Below, piece by piece: positions 15,995 through 25,867 of a stretch of 25,867 nucleotides of DNA; position 1 is the stretch's first letter; each line of letters begins with the position of its first letter. The stretch is taken from contig JBGQHJ010000064.1 of NCBI GenBank assembly GCA_041497895.1, positions 1-25,867 of the forward strand, given 5' to 3'. A program made the translations under genes and the position numbers. The notes under the pieces were generated by a model. That model was not told where the DNA came from, made no database searches, and saw only the letters and a program-made list of their open reading frames with translations. This stretch comes from Candidatus Methylomirabilia bacterium (GTDB taxonomy: Bacteria; Methylomirabilota; Methylomirabilia; Rokubacteriales; CSP1-6).

Positions 15995-16921
15995 CTAGAG
16001 CTTGCGCAGCCGGAGCGGCGCCAGGCCCAGCAGCTCGCGGCGGCAGCGAGTCCACAGCGCCTCCACCGCCGCGTGAAGCGCGGGCGTCGACGGGCCCAGG
16101 ACGCGGGCGAGCACGCCACCCCGGCCGAGCGTCGTGACCCCGGCACGGCATCCCGGCGCGGCGACCGCGACGTCGTCCTGAAGCGCGCGCGCGAGCGCCT
16201 CCCAGTCGCGTCGGTCGGGGCGGATGGCCGCCACGGTGGCCACGTAGCCGAAGCCCTCCGTGCCGCCCAGGCCATCCTGCGGCGGCCGGCCCAGGATGGA
16301 GCGCTCCCGAAGGAGCGGCCCGGCCGGATCGCGGACGAGCAGGCCACTCTCGAGGTGGTCGAATCCCCACGCCTCGCCCCGCGCGCCGCGCCCCATCGCC
16401 CAGGCATCCAGATAGAGCAGCGTCGCGTCCACCGCCATCGAGATCTCGGTCGACTGGCACAGGCGGGCGCCGGGGGACGGGATCAGGTGGTCCGGGTGCC
16501 ACTCGAGCGACGCCCCGCCGCCGATCTCGATGGCGACCCGCTGCACCGCGGGCGGGCCCGGGCTCCGGTAGACGCGCGTGGCCGAGGGCGTGGAGCAGCA
16601 CACGCGGCAGCCCGGACCGAGGGCGATCTCGGTGTCCAGGCGGTCGCCCGCCAGGAGTCCCCCGGTCGGGTTCAGCAGCATGAGCGTGGCGACGCCGTCG
16701 CCGTCGAGATCCATCGGCTCCAGCACCTGCAGCGGCAGGGTGTAGCGGCGCCCGACGAGCACGGTGCGGCCGTCGCGCCCCTCGAAGACGACCGCGAGGC
16801 GGCCGTCCCGTCCGGTGCGGCCCGGGGCCGCCCCGGACTCAGGGCGCGAAGAGGAGGTCGCGGCGAATCCAGGAGACGATGGCGTCGGCGCCGTCGCCCT
16901 CCCGGAGATTGGTGAAGACAA
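15995..16921 (-). CDS. ureD: Urease accessory protein UreD (start uncertain)
   Basis: [50 protein letters not shown]-terminus; the only upstream canonical start is TTG 16921, inside ureG. Confidence 0.88.
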   Translation of the reverse strand: MSSPISGRATAPTPSSPGFAATSSSRPESGAAPGRTGRDGRLAVVFEGRDGRTVLVGRRYTLPLQVLEPMDLDGDGVATLMLLNPTGGLLAGDRLDTEIALGPGCRVCCSTPSATRVYRSPGPPAVQRVAIEIGGGASLEWHPDHLIPSPGARLCQSTEISMAVDATLLYLDAWAMGRGARGEAWGFDHLESGLLVRDPAGPLLRERSILGRPPQDGLGGTEGFGYVATVAAIRPDRRDWEALARALQDDVAVAAPGCRAGVTTLGRGGVLARVLGPSTPALHAAVEALWTRCRRELLGLAPLRLRKL

Positions 16922-17465
16922 AGGGTCGCTCTCCCCTCATGCGCTTGGCGTCGCGCTCCATCACGCCCAGATCGGCGCCCACGTAGGGCGCCAGGTCGAT
17001 CTTGTTGATCACGAGCAGGTCGGAGCGCACGATGCCGGGTCCGCCCTTGCGCGGGATCTTGTCGCCCTGCGCCACGTCGATCACGTAGATCGTGGCGTCG
17101 ACCAGCTCCGGGCTGAAGGTCGCCGAGAGATTGTCGCCGCCGCTCTCCACGAAGAGCAGCTCGAGCCCCGGGAACCGGCCCAGGAGCTCGTGCACCGCCT
17201 CCAGGTTCACGGAGGCGTCCTCGCGGATCGCGGTGTGCGGGCAGCCACCGGTCTCCACCCCCACCACCCGCTCGGCCGGCAGCGCTCCGCGCCGGACGAG
17301 GAACTGCGCGTCCTCCTGCGTGTAGATGTCGTTGGTGATCACCGCCATGTCGAAGTGATCGCGCAGGCGGCGAGCCAGCGTCTCCACCAGGGCGGTCTTG
17401 CCCGAGCCGACCGGCCCGCCGATGCCGATCTTGAGTGGACGGGGCACCACACCGGCGCCGCTCAC
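16839..17465 (-). CDS. ureG: Urease accessory GTPase UreG, 208 aa
   Basis: [56 protein letters not shown] 17465 overlaps the ureF stop. Confidence 0.97.
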   Translation of the reverse strand: MSGAGVVPRPLKIGIGGPVGSGKTALVETLARRLRDHFDMAVITNDIYTQEDAQFLVRRGALPAERVVGVETGGCPHTAIREDASVNLEAVHELLGRFPGLELLFVESGGDNLSATFSPELVDATIYVIDVAQGDKIPRKGGPGIVRSDLLVINKIDLAPYVGADLGVMERDAKRMRGERPFVFTNLREGDGADAIVSWIRRDLLFAP

Positions 17466-18151
17466 GAGCGGAAGAGCCGCGCGTCCATGCGCTCGTGCAG
17501 CATGCCCTGGATGTCCTGGCCGGGGGTGAAGCTCCACAGATCGCCGGGGGCCCGCTCCGCCGCCTCCCGGGCCACCCGCTCGATCACCGGATGCAGGCTC
17601 CACAGGACCGCCTGTCCCTCGAGCTGGCCGATCGGCAGGAGGCGGAGCGCCGCGCCCACCAGGAGCGCGGTGGTCGAGTAGAGAAACGCGGTCGCGGTCG
17701 CGACGGCCTCCCAGCCGAGGGCCCCCGCGGTCATCCCGAACGCGATCGCGTGATGGCCCGGCGCCCGGCGCGCGTCGACCGCCTCGAGATACGCGGCGAG
17801 CCGCGCGTCGCCGGTCAGCGAGACGGCTACCCGCAGGGTCTGGCGTCCCATCTGCCGGCTACCCTCGCGAAACTCCCGCACGACTTTCATGGCCTCGAGC
17901 TCGTCGTCCAGCCGATGGCAGGCCGCGACGTCGCCGCGCGCGAACGCCCGCAGCGCCCCCGCGGCCGCGGTGGCGTCGCAGGGGCCGGCCGCGCCCTCGA
18001 GCTGCGTGAGCAGGAAGCGCTCCAGCCCGTGGCGGTCCCGCACCAGCCCGGCCTGGCAGTAGCGCTCGAGCCCGAAGGAGTGGGCGTAGCCGCCAGTGGG
18101 CAGCGCGCTGTCCGCGAAGTGCAGCAGCGAGACCAGCCGCGGGTCACTCAT
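17462..18151 (-). CDS. ureF: Urease accessory protein UreF
   Basis: [24 protein letters not shown]-terminal HE...RLFRS. Confidence 0.96.
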   Translation of the reverse strand: MSDPRLVSLLHFADSALPTGGYAHSFGLERYCQAGLVRDRHGLERFLLTQLEGAAGPCDATAAAGALRAFARGDVAACHRLDDELEAMKVVREFREGSRQMGRQTLRVAVSLTGDARLAAYLEAVDARRAPGHHAIAFGMTAGALGWEAVATATAFLYSTTALLVGAALRLLPIGQLEGQAVLWSLHPVIERVAREAAERAPGDLWSFTPGQDIQGMLHERMDARLFRS

Positions 18152-18584
18152 GGCCGCCGCCGCCCAGCGGGGTGTACACGGTCTGGCGCCGCTCCCACCG
18201 CGCGCCGAGGCGCGCCACGAGCTGCGTCATGGCCGGCTCGTCCGGCACCACGAGCGCCTCGCCCTCGATGGCGAGCGTGACGTGCCGGTTGCCCACGTCG
18301 AAGGCGATGCGCAGGGCGTCCTCGTGGCTCCGCGGGAAGATCGCGAGCACCGGCTCCGGCCGACCCTCCACCGCGAGGTACCAGTCGTCCTCCACCGCCA
18401 GGATCTCCCCCGGCTCGAGCACGCTGCCGGTGGCCAGGGCCAGCGCGACCTCGCGGCCGCCGGTGGTGGTGACCCGCTTGCGGGTCCACCGCCGCTCCTC
18501 CCAGGCCAGGAGGAGCGTGTCGCGCGCCTTCCCCGCCAGCGCGGCCGCCCCGACCGTGCGCGGCGGGTCCGTGATCACGACCAT
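18144..18584 (-). CDS. ureE: Urease accessory nickel chaperone UreE
   Basis: WEERRWTRKRVTT-GRE-AL, AFDVGNRH; located between ureC and ureF. Confidence 0.88.
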   Translation of the reverse strand: MVVITDPPRTVGAAALAGKARDTLLLAWEERRWTRKRVTTTGGREVALALATGSVLEPGEILAVEDDWYLAVEGRPEPVLAIFPRSHEDALRIAFDVGNRHVTLAIEGEALVVPDEPAMTQLVARLGARWERRQTVYTPLGGGGHE

Positions 18585-18588
18585 CGCG

Positions 18589-20300
<1,712 letters not shown>

Positions 20301-20304
<4 letters not shown>

Positions 20305-20672
20305 GCTCCCGCCCCCTGGAAGCCGCCCTCGCTGGCGCGCCGCACGCTCTCGGCCCGCCGACCGGCGCCCACCGCCCCGTCGGTGAGCGCATTGAGGCCG
20401 TAGACCTCCCGCGCGCCGGCGAGCTCGACCAGCGTCACCACCTTCTCGTCACCCGGCTCGAAGCGCACCGCGGTCCCGGCCGGCACGTTGAGCCGCATGC
20501 CGAAGGCCTGACCCCGGTCGAACCGCAACGCCCGGTTCGCCTCGAAGAAGTGAAAGTGCGACCCCACCTGGATCGGCCGATCCCCGGTATTGGCCACCGT
20601 GACCTGCACGGTCCGGCGCCCCACATTCGCCTCGATATCCCCCTCCCCCAGCAAATACTCACCAGGAATCAT
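20301..20672 (-). CDS. ureB: Urease subunit beta, 123 aa
   Basis: MIPGE start (ATG 20672, SD GAGGTG), [34 protein letters not shown]. Confidence 0.97.
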
Positions 20673-20680
20673 CCCGCACC

Positions 20681-20983
20681 TCACCGGATCGGGTGGTGAA
20701 TCGTCACCAGCTTAGTGCCATCGGGGAACGTGCCCTCGACCTGCACTTCCTCGAGCATCTCCGGCACGCCCTCCATCACGTCGTCGCGGGTGAGGATCGT
20801 GATGCCAAAGGCCATCAGCTCGGACACCGTCCGGCCGTCGCGGATGCCCTCCAGCACCTCCGCGGTGATCAGGGCCAGCGCCTCGGGGTAGTTCAGCTTG
20901 AGGCCCCGGGCCCGCCGGCGCCGGGCCAGCTCGGAGGCGGTGAAGATCAGGAGCTTGTCCTGCTCGCGGGGGGTCAGGTGCAT
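20681..20983 (-). CDS. ureA: Urease subunit gamma
   Basis: [39 protein letters not shown]. Confidence 0.99.
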   Translation of the reverse strand: MHLTPREQDKLLIFTASELARRRRARGLKLNYPEALALITAEVLEGIRDGRTVSELMAFGITILTRDDVMEGVPEMLEEVQVEGTFPDGTKLVTIHHPIR

Positions 20984-20992
20984 GGCGGGAGT

Positions 20993-21694
20993 CTAAACCG
21001 TCAGGTGCTGCCTGACCATATCCTCGCGGAGCTCCTTCGTCGCGCCGGTGGACACGATGGTGCCCTTGCGCATGATCGCGTAGGCGGAGGCCAGCCGCCA
21101 GGCGAACTCCAGATATTGCTCCACCAGCAGCACCGAGATGCCCTGGTTCCGGATCCGCTCGATGGCCTCCTCGATCTGGTCGATCACCGAGGGCTGGATG
21201 CCCTCGGTCGGCTCGTCCATCAGGAGCAGCTTGGGCCGCGCCAGGAGCACCCGGGCGATCGCGAGCTGCTGCTGCTCGCCTCCCGAGAGCACGCCCCCCT
21301 TGCGGCCCAGCAGGGTCTGGAGCTTCGGAAAGAGCTCGAAGACCGCCTCGAGCGGATCGCCCTCGCCGTTGCCCCCGCGCCGCGCCCCGAGCAGCCCCAT
21401 GCGCAGGTTCTCCTGCACGGTGAGGCCCGCGAAGATCTCCCGCCCCTGCGGCACGTACCCGATGCCGCACGCGGCGCGCTCCTCCGGTCGCCGGCCCGCC
21501 AGGTCGGTGCCGTCGAAGGCCACGCGCCCCGACCGGGTCGGCAGCAGCCCCATGATCGACTTCAGCAGCGTGGTCTTGCCCACCCCGTTTCGTCCCATCA
21601 GGCAGACCACGCTCCCCGCCGGCACGTCGAGCGACACGTCCCAGAGCACCTGGCTCTCCCCGTAGGCCACGTTGAGGCCCCGCACCTCAAGCAT
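20993..21694 (-). CDS. urtE: Urea ABC transporter ATP-binding protein UrtE
   Basis: GRNGVGKTT, YVPQGREIF, LSGGEQQQLAIAR, DEPTEGIQPS, LVEQYLEFA. Confidence 0.94.
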   Translation of the reverse strand: MLEVRGLNVAYGESQVLWDVSLDVPAGSVVCLMGRNGVGKTTLLKSIMGLLPTRSGRVAFDGTDLAGRRPEERAACGIGYVPQGREIFAGLTVQENLRMGLLGARRGGNGEGDPLEAVFELFPKLQTLLGRKGGVLSGGEQQQLAIARVLLARPKLLLMDEPTEGIQPSVIDQIEEAIERIRNQGISVLLVEQYLEFAWRLASAYAIMRKGTIVSTGATKELREDMVRQHLTV

Positions 21695-22481
21695 GGGCGG
21701 CCTCGGTCCTCGACCGGCTCCGGCCCAGGTAGACTTCGCGGACCCGCTCGTCTCCCTGTACCTCGTCGACCGACCCCTCGCAGAGCACGCGGCCCTCGTG
21801 GAGCACGGTGACCTTGCGGGCGAGGCTCCGGACGAACTCCATGTCGTGCTCGATCACCAGCACCGCGCGCTCCCGCGCGACCGACTGCAGCAGCTCGGCG
21901 GTCCGGGCGGTCTCCTCGTCGGTCATCCCGGCCACCGGCTCGTCGACCAGCAGCAGCTCGGCCTGCTGCACGATGACCATGCCGATCTCGAGCCACTGCT
22001 TCTCGCCGTGCGAGAGTCCGCCGGCGCGCTCCTCGCCCCGCCCCCCCAGGCCGATCGTCCCCAGGGTCTCCTCGATGCGGCCGCGCTGCGCCTCATCGAG
22101 CCGCGCGCGCAGCGTGGCCAGGACCCCCTTGCTCGGCCGGGCCACCGACAGCTCGAGATTCTCGCGCACGCTCAGGTTGGCGAAGATCGACGGGGTCTGG
22201 AACTTGCGCCCGATTCCGAGCGAGGCGATCTCGTTCTCGCGGCGGCCGGTCAGCTCGGTGTGCTTGCCGAAGATCACGCGACCGGCCACCGGCTGCACCT
22301 TGCCCGAGATCACGTCGAGCAGCGTGGTCTTCCCCGCCCCGTTCGGCCCTATCACCACCCGCAGCTCGCGGTAGTCCATGAAGAAGTTGAGGTCGTGGAG
22401 GGCCTTGAACCCGTCGAAGTCCACGGTGACGTTCTCCAGGTAGATGATCGAGCCTTCCGGCGCGGCCGCGGTGAAGTTCAT
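21687..22481 (-). CDS. urtD: Urea ABC transporter ATP-binding protein UrtD
   Basis: FDGFKAL, IGPNGAGKTT, GIGRKFQTP, LSHGEKQWLEIGM, DEPVAGMTD. Confidence 0.95.
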   Translation of the reverse strand: MNFTAAAPEGSIIYLENVTVDFDGFKALHDLNFFMDYRELRVVIGPNGAGKTTLLDVISGKVQPVAGRVIFGKHTELTGRRENEIASLGIGRKFQTPSIFANLSVRENLELSVARPSKGVLATLRARLDEAQRGRIEETLGTIGLGGRGEERAGGLSHGEKQWLEIGMVIVQQAELLLVDEPVAGMTDEETARTAELLQSVARERAVLVIEHDMEFVRSLARKVTVLHEGRVLCEGSVDEVQGDERVREVYLGRSRSRTEAAHA

Positions 22482-23648
22482 TTAGCGCGCTTGAATGTGG
22501 GGGAGTTCGGTTTGCGGTTTGGCCTCTTCGGGCCTCCGGCCCTCATCGGGGCGCCCGGCCAGCCGTGCGCCCGCTCCACCGTACGCTCGCGAGCGCGGGA
22601 GCAGCTTCTGGGCGGTGCCCACCACGCCGTCGGGGAAGAAGAGCACCACCGCCACGAACAGGCCGCCCAGCACCAGGAGCCACAGGTCCGGGTAGCTCGT
22701 GGTCAGGATGCTCTGGAGCCAGTTGACCCCGACCGCCCCCACCACCGGGCCCAGCAGCGTGCCGCGCCCCCCCACCGCCACCCAGATGATCATCTCGATC
22801 GACGGCAGCACGCCGATCTTGGCCGGGGTGATGATGCCGACCTGCGGGGCGTACAGCGCACCGGCCACGCCGGCGAGCACCGCGGAGACCACGAACACGA
22901 AGACCTTGAACGCGGCCGGCGAGTAGCCCGAGAAGAGCACGCGGGTCTCGCTGTCGCGGATGGCGATCAGGACCCGGCCCGCCGGCGAGCGGGTGATGAA
23001 GCGGCACAGCAGGTAGGCGCCGCACAGGCAGAGCGCGGTGGCGACGTAGAGCCCCCGCTGGGTGGCCGCGCTGTTGAGGGTGAAGCCGAAGACCGACTTG
23101 AATCCGCTCAGCCCGTTGGTGCCGCCCAGGTTCATCGCGTTCCGGTTGAACATCAGCCAGGTGGAGAGCGCCAGGGCCTGGGTGATGATCGAGAAGTACA
23201 CGCCCCGGATGCGGCTGCGGAACGTGAGGTAGCCGAACACGAAGGCGAAGAGGGCGGGCACCACCAGGATCGCCAGCAGCGTGAACGAGACGCTGTAGAA
23301 CGGCTTCCAGAACAGCGGCAGCTCGGTCACCCGGTTCCACACCATGAAGTCGGGCAGCACGTCGCCGTAGACGCTGCGGGTGCCGATCTCGAGCATCAGG
23401 TGCATGCCCATCGCGTAGGCCCCGAGGCCGAAGAAGACCCCGTGGCCGAGCGAGAGGACTCCGGTGTAGCCCCAGATCAGGTCGATGCCGAGGGCCAGGA
23501 TGGCGTAGGCCAGGAACTTGCCGAAGAGGTTCAGGGTGAAGTCGGACACCCATAGCGGCGAGCCGGCCGGCAGGGCGTTGAGCGCGGGCAGGACCACCAC
23601 CAGCAGCCCGGCGACCCCGAGGAGGCCCCAGCGCTCAAGACTCCGCAT
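22482..23648 (-). CDS. urtC: Urea ABC transporter permease UrtC
   Basis: DLIWGYTGVLSLGHG, LPDFMVWN, FRSRIRGVYFSIITQAL, SIEMIIWVAVGGRGTL. Confidence 0.95.
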   Translation of the reverse strand: MRSLERWGLLGVAGLLVVVLPALNALPAGSPLWVSDFTLNLFGKFLAYAILALGIDLIWGYTGVLSLGHGVFFGLGAYAMGMHLMLEIGTRSVYGDVLPDFMVWNRVTELPLFWKPFYSVSFTLLAILVVPALFAFVFGYLTFRSRIRGVYFSIITQALALSTWLMFNRNAMNLGGTNGLSGFKSVFGFTLNSAATQRGLYVATALCLCGAYLLCRFITRSPAGRVLIAIRDSETRVLFSGYSPAAFKVFVFVVSAVLAGVAGALYAPQVGIITPAKIGVLPSIEMIIWVAVGGRGTLLGPVVGAVGVNWLQSILTTSYPDLWLLVLGGLFVAVVLFFPDGVVGTAQKLLPRSRAYGGAGARLAGRPDEGRRPEEAKPQTELPHIQAR

Positions 23649-25338
23649 AGCGCCCCTTGGTCGCGAAGAGCCCGGCCGGCCGGCGCTGGATGAACAGGAT
23701 CACGAGCACCAGGATCAGGACCTTCCCGAATACCGCCCCCATGCCCGGTTCGATGATCTTGTTCAGCCCCCCGATCCCGATCGCGGCGAGGATGCTGCCG
23801 AGGAGCTTGCCGACCCCTCCGGTCACCACCACCATGAACGAGTCCACGATGTAGTTCTGCCCGAGCTCGGGCCCCACGTTGCCGATCTGGGTGATCGCGC
23901 AGCCCGCGAGCCCGGCCAGCCCGGCGCCGAGGGCGAAGGTGCCCGCGTCCACCCAGCGCGCGCGCACCCCCAGGCAGGCCGCCATGCCGCGATTCTGGGT
24001 GACCGCGCGGATGCGCAGGCCGGCGTCGGTGCGGAACAGCAGAAAGTACATCGCGCCGACGCACACCGCGGCGAGGCCGATGATGAAGAGGCGGTTGTAG
24101 GGGAGCTGCACGCCGATCATCACCGGGATGCCGCCCGAGAGCCAGCGCGGCGCGGTCACGTCCACGTTGGCCGCGCCGAACCACAGGCGCAGGCCCTGCT
24201 GGATCATCAGGCTCACGCCCCAGGTCAGCAGCAAGGTCTCGAGCGGGCGGCCGTAGAGGAAGCGGATCACCCCGCGCTCGAGCAGGAGCCCGGCGGTCGC
24301 CGACACCAGGAACGAGAACGGCAGCGCGACCAGGAAGTAGTAGTCGAAGTAGGCCGGGAAGTGGGCGGTGAACCAGCCCTGCATCAGGAACGTCGAGTAC
24401 GCGCCGAGCGCCATCAGCTCGCCGTGGGCCATGTTGATGACACCCATCAGCCCGAACACGATGGCCAGCCCCAGGGCCATGAGCAGGAGGATCGAGGAGA
24501 GCGAGAGGCCCTGGAAGGCGATCTCGATGCCCTGGGTGAAGAGGCCCCAGCGCTCGATGCGCTTGATCGAGTTCCGCGCCGCCGCCGCGAGCCGGGGCGG
24601 CGACTGCGCGTCGCCCGCGATCTGGTAGAGGGGCTCCATGGCGTTCGCGCTCCGCAGCCGCCCGAGCGCCACCGCCGCGGCCACGCGCTCGGGCTCGCCG
24701 CCGGTGCGCAGCTGGATGAGGGCGACCGCCTCCTCGAGGGCGAAGCGCACCCAGCGGTCGCCCTCCTTGCCGAGAGCGTCCTCGAGCACCTGGCGCGTGG
24801 ACGCGTCGCCGGTATAGCCCATCTTGGTGGCGGCGGCGCGCCGGGTGGCCGGGTCGGGATTGACGAGATCGCTCTGCCCCGAGAAGGCGTCGATCAGCGG
24901 GCGGATCGCGATGCGCAGGCTGCGCCCGGTGGAGACCTCCTCGAGCGTGGTGAGGTCGGCGAGCAGGGGCTTGCCGTCGGCACCGGCGATGGGCTCGCGC
25001 CCGTAGGCGCGGAAGAGCGGCACCAGGGTCTTGTCGCCCTCGGTGACCTTGTCGCCCACGATGACGGTCTCCTTCTTGCCCCCCGGGAGCGGCCGCACGT
25101 AGACGCTGCCCTCGCGCAGGGCCTCGAGCAGCGGGAGGATCTTGCGGTCGCCGGTCTTGCCGAGCGCCACCGCGGCGGCTTCCTGCACCGAGGCGTCGGC
25201 CGAGGCCACGTCGGTGATATGCCTGGCGACCTCGGCCGACGGACCGGAGCCCGCGGAGGATGCCCCCGCGCTCTGCGCGGCTGCCGGGGCGGCGAGCCCC
25301 GGCAGCAGCGCGAGCGCGAGGAGAAGCGACTGCCACAC
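23635..25338 (-). CDS. urtB: Urea ABC transporter permease UrtB with N-terminal HEAT-like extracytoplasmic domain
   Basis: GLAIVFGLMGVINMAHGE, LYGRPLETLLLTWG, GQNYIVDSFMVVV; signal peptide and helical-repeat N-terminal half. Confidence 0.94.
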   Translation of the reverse strand: MWQSLLLALALLPGLAAPAAAQSAGASSAGSGPSAEVARHITDVASADASVQEAAAVALGKTGDRKILPLLEALREGSVYVRPLPGGKKETVIVGDKVTEGDKTLVPLFRAYGREPIAGADGKPLLADLTTLEEVSTGRSLRIAIRPLIDAFSGQSDLVNPDPATRRAAATKMGYTGDASTRQVLEDALGKEGDRWVRFALEEAVALIQLRTGGEPERVAAAVALGRLRSANAMEPLYQIAGDAQSPPRLAAAARNSIKRIERWGLFTQGIEIAFQGLSLSSILLLMALGLAIVFGLMGVINMAHGELMALGAYSTFLMQGWFTAHFPAYFDYYFLVALPFSFLVSATAGLLLERGVIRFLYGRPLETLLLTWGVSLMIQQGLRLWFGAANVDVTAPRWLSGGIPVMIGVQLPYNRLFIIGLAAVCVGAMYFLLFRTDAGLRIRAVTQNRGMAACLGVRARWVDAGTFALGAGLAGLAGCAITQIGNVGPELGQNYIVDSFMVVVTGGVGKLLGSILAAIGIGGLNKIIEPGMGAVFGKVLILVLVILFIQRRPAGLFATKGRYAES

Positions 25339-25345
25339 GATGTGC

Positions 25346-25867
25346 TTACGCCTTCTTCTGGTAGGTGCCCTGGTGCTTGATCCAGTCGCAGCCCTTGTCG
25401 GGGCTCGTGTACTGGCTCCACGGGTCGGCCTTCACCAGGCCCTTGGAGCGCGAGACGACCTTGAACTGGCCGTCCTTCAGGATCTCGCCGATGAGCACCG
25501 GCTTGTAGGTGTGCTGGTTGGCCTCGTCCATCTTGATCTGGCCGCCCGGGGCCAGGAACGTCTGGCCGTAGACCGCCTTGCGGACCGCGTCCACCTCGAA
25601 CGACTTGGCCTTCTCGGCCGCCTGCTTCCAGATGTGGACGCCGAAGTAGGCCGCCTCCATCGGGTCGTCGGTGACGCGCTTGTCGCCGCCGGGCAGGTTG
25701 TTCTTCTTGGCGTAGGCCTTGAAGGCCTGGACGAACTTCTTGTTCTGCGGCGTCTCCACCGACTGGTAGTAGTTCCACGCCGCGAGGTGGCCGACCAGCG
25801 CGGAGGTGTCCATGCCGCGCAGCTCGTCCTCGGCCACGCTGAAGGCCATGATCGGGCACTGCTCGGA
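25346..25867 (-). CDS. urtA: Urea ABC transporter substrate-binding protein, C-terminal part (5'-truncated)
   Basis: AFSVAEDEL, GHLAAWNYYQS, VTDDPMEAAY, DPWSQY...CDW; upstream of urtB. Confidence 0.93.
   Translation of the reverse strand, partial: SEQCPIMAFSVAEDELRGMDTSALVGHLAAWNYYQSVETPQNKKFVQAFKAYAKKNNLPGGDKRVTDDPMEAAYFGVHIWKQAAEKAKSFEVDAVRKAVYGQTFLAPGGQIKMDEANQHTYKPVLIGEILKDGQFKVVSRSKGLVKADPWSQYTSPDKGCDWIKHQGTYQKKA

Noticed and set aside
20705..20720. TGGCAC in ureA as a sigma54 promoter
   Set aside because: The -12 position reads GT rather than GC, and the sequence encodes the conserved DGTKLV motif.

Overview
High-GC bacterial DNA (about 70% GC by eye). The lineage cannot be determined without a search; the style is reminiscent of Ca. 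Rokubacteria/Methylomirabilota, which is inference only. The + strand carries the 3' end of a Ppx/GppA gene and ppk1. Converging on them is a ~23 kb run of minus-strand genes. In transcription order these are urtA(partial)BCDE, ureABCEFGD, a stand-alone Fis/NtrC-type HTH gene, a NAPE-PLD/RomA-like metallo-beta-lactamase-fold lipoprotein, phoB, phoR, a possible 36-aa ORF, phnC-E-D-G-H-I-J-K-L-M and an inositol-monophosphatase-family gene. Most notable: (1) a complete sigma54 architecture (-24/-12, exact IHF consensus, tandem enhancer-like sites) in front of the fis-like gene, positioned to read through into phoBR, a candidate nitrogen-to-phosphorus regulatory link; (2) a C-P lyase operon with no phnF/N/O/P in the window but an IMPase-family phosphatase coupled to phnM; (3) a ureG/ureD junction with no canonical ureD start and a CCC-UGA +1 shift-prone site; (4) 11-bp-periodic Pho-box-like repeats before phnC, the small ORF and ppk1; (5) several leaderless-type promoters. 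No mobile elements, RNA genes or CRISPR arrays were seen.
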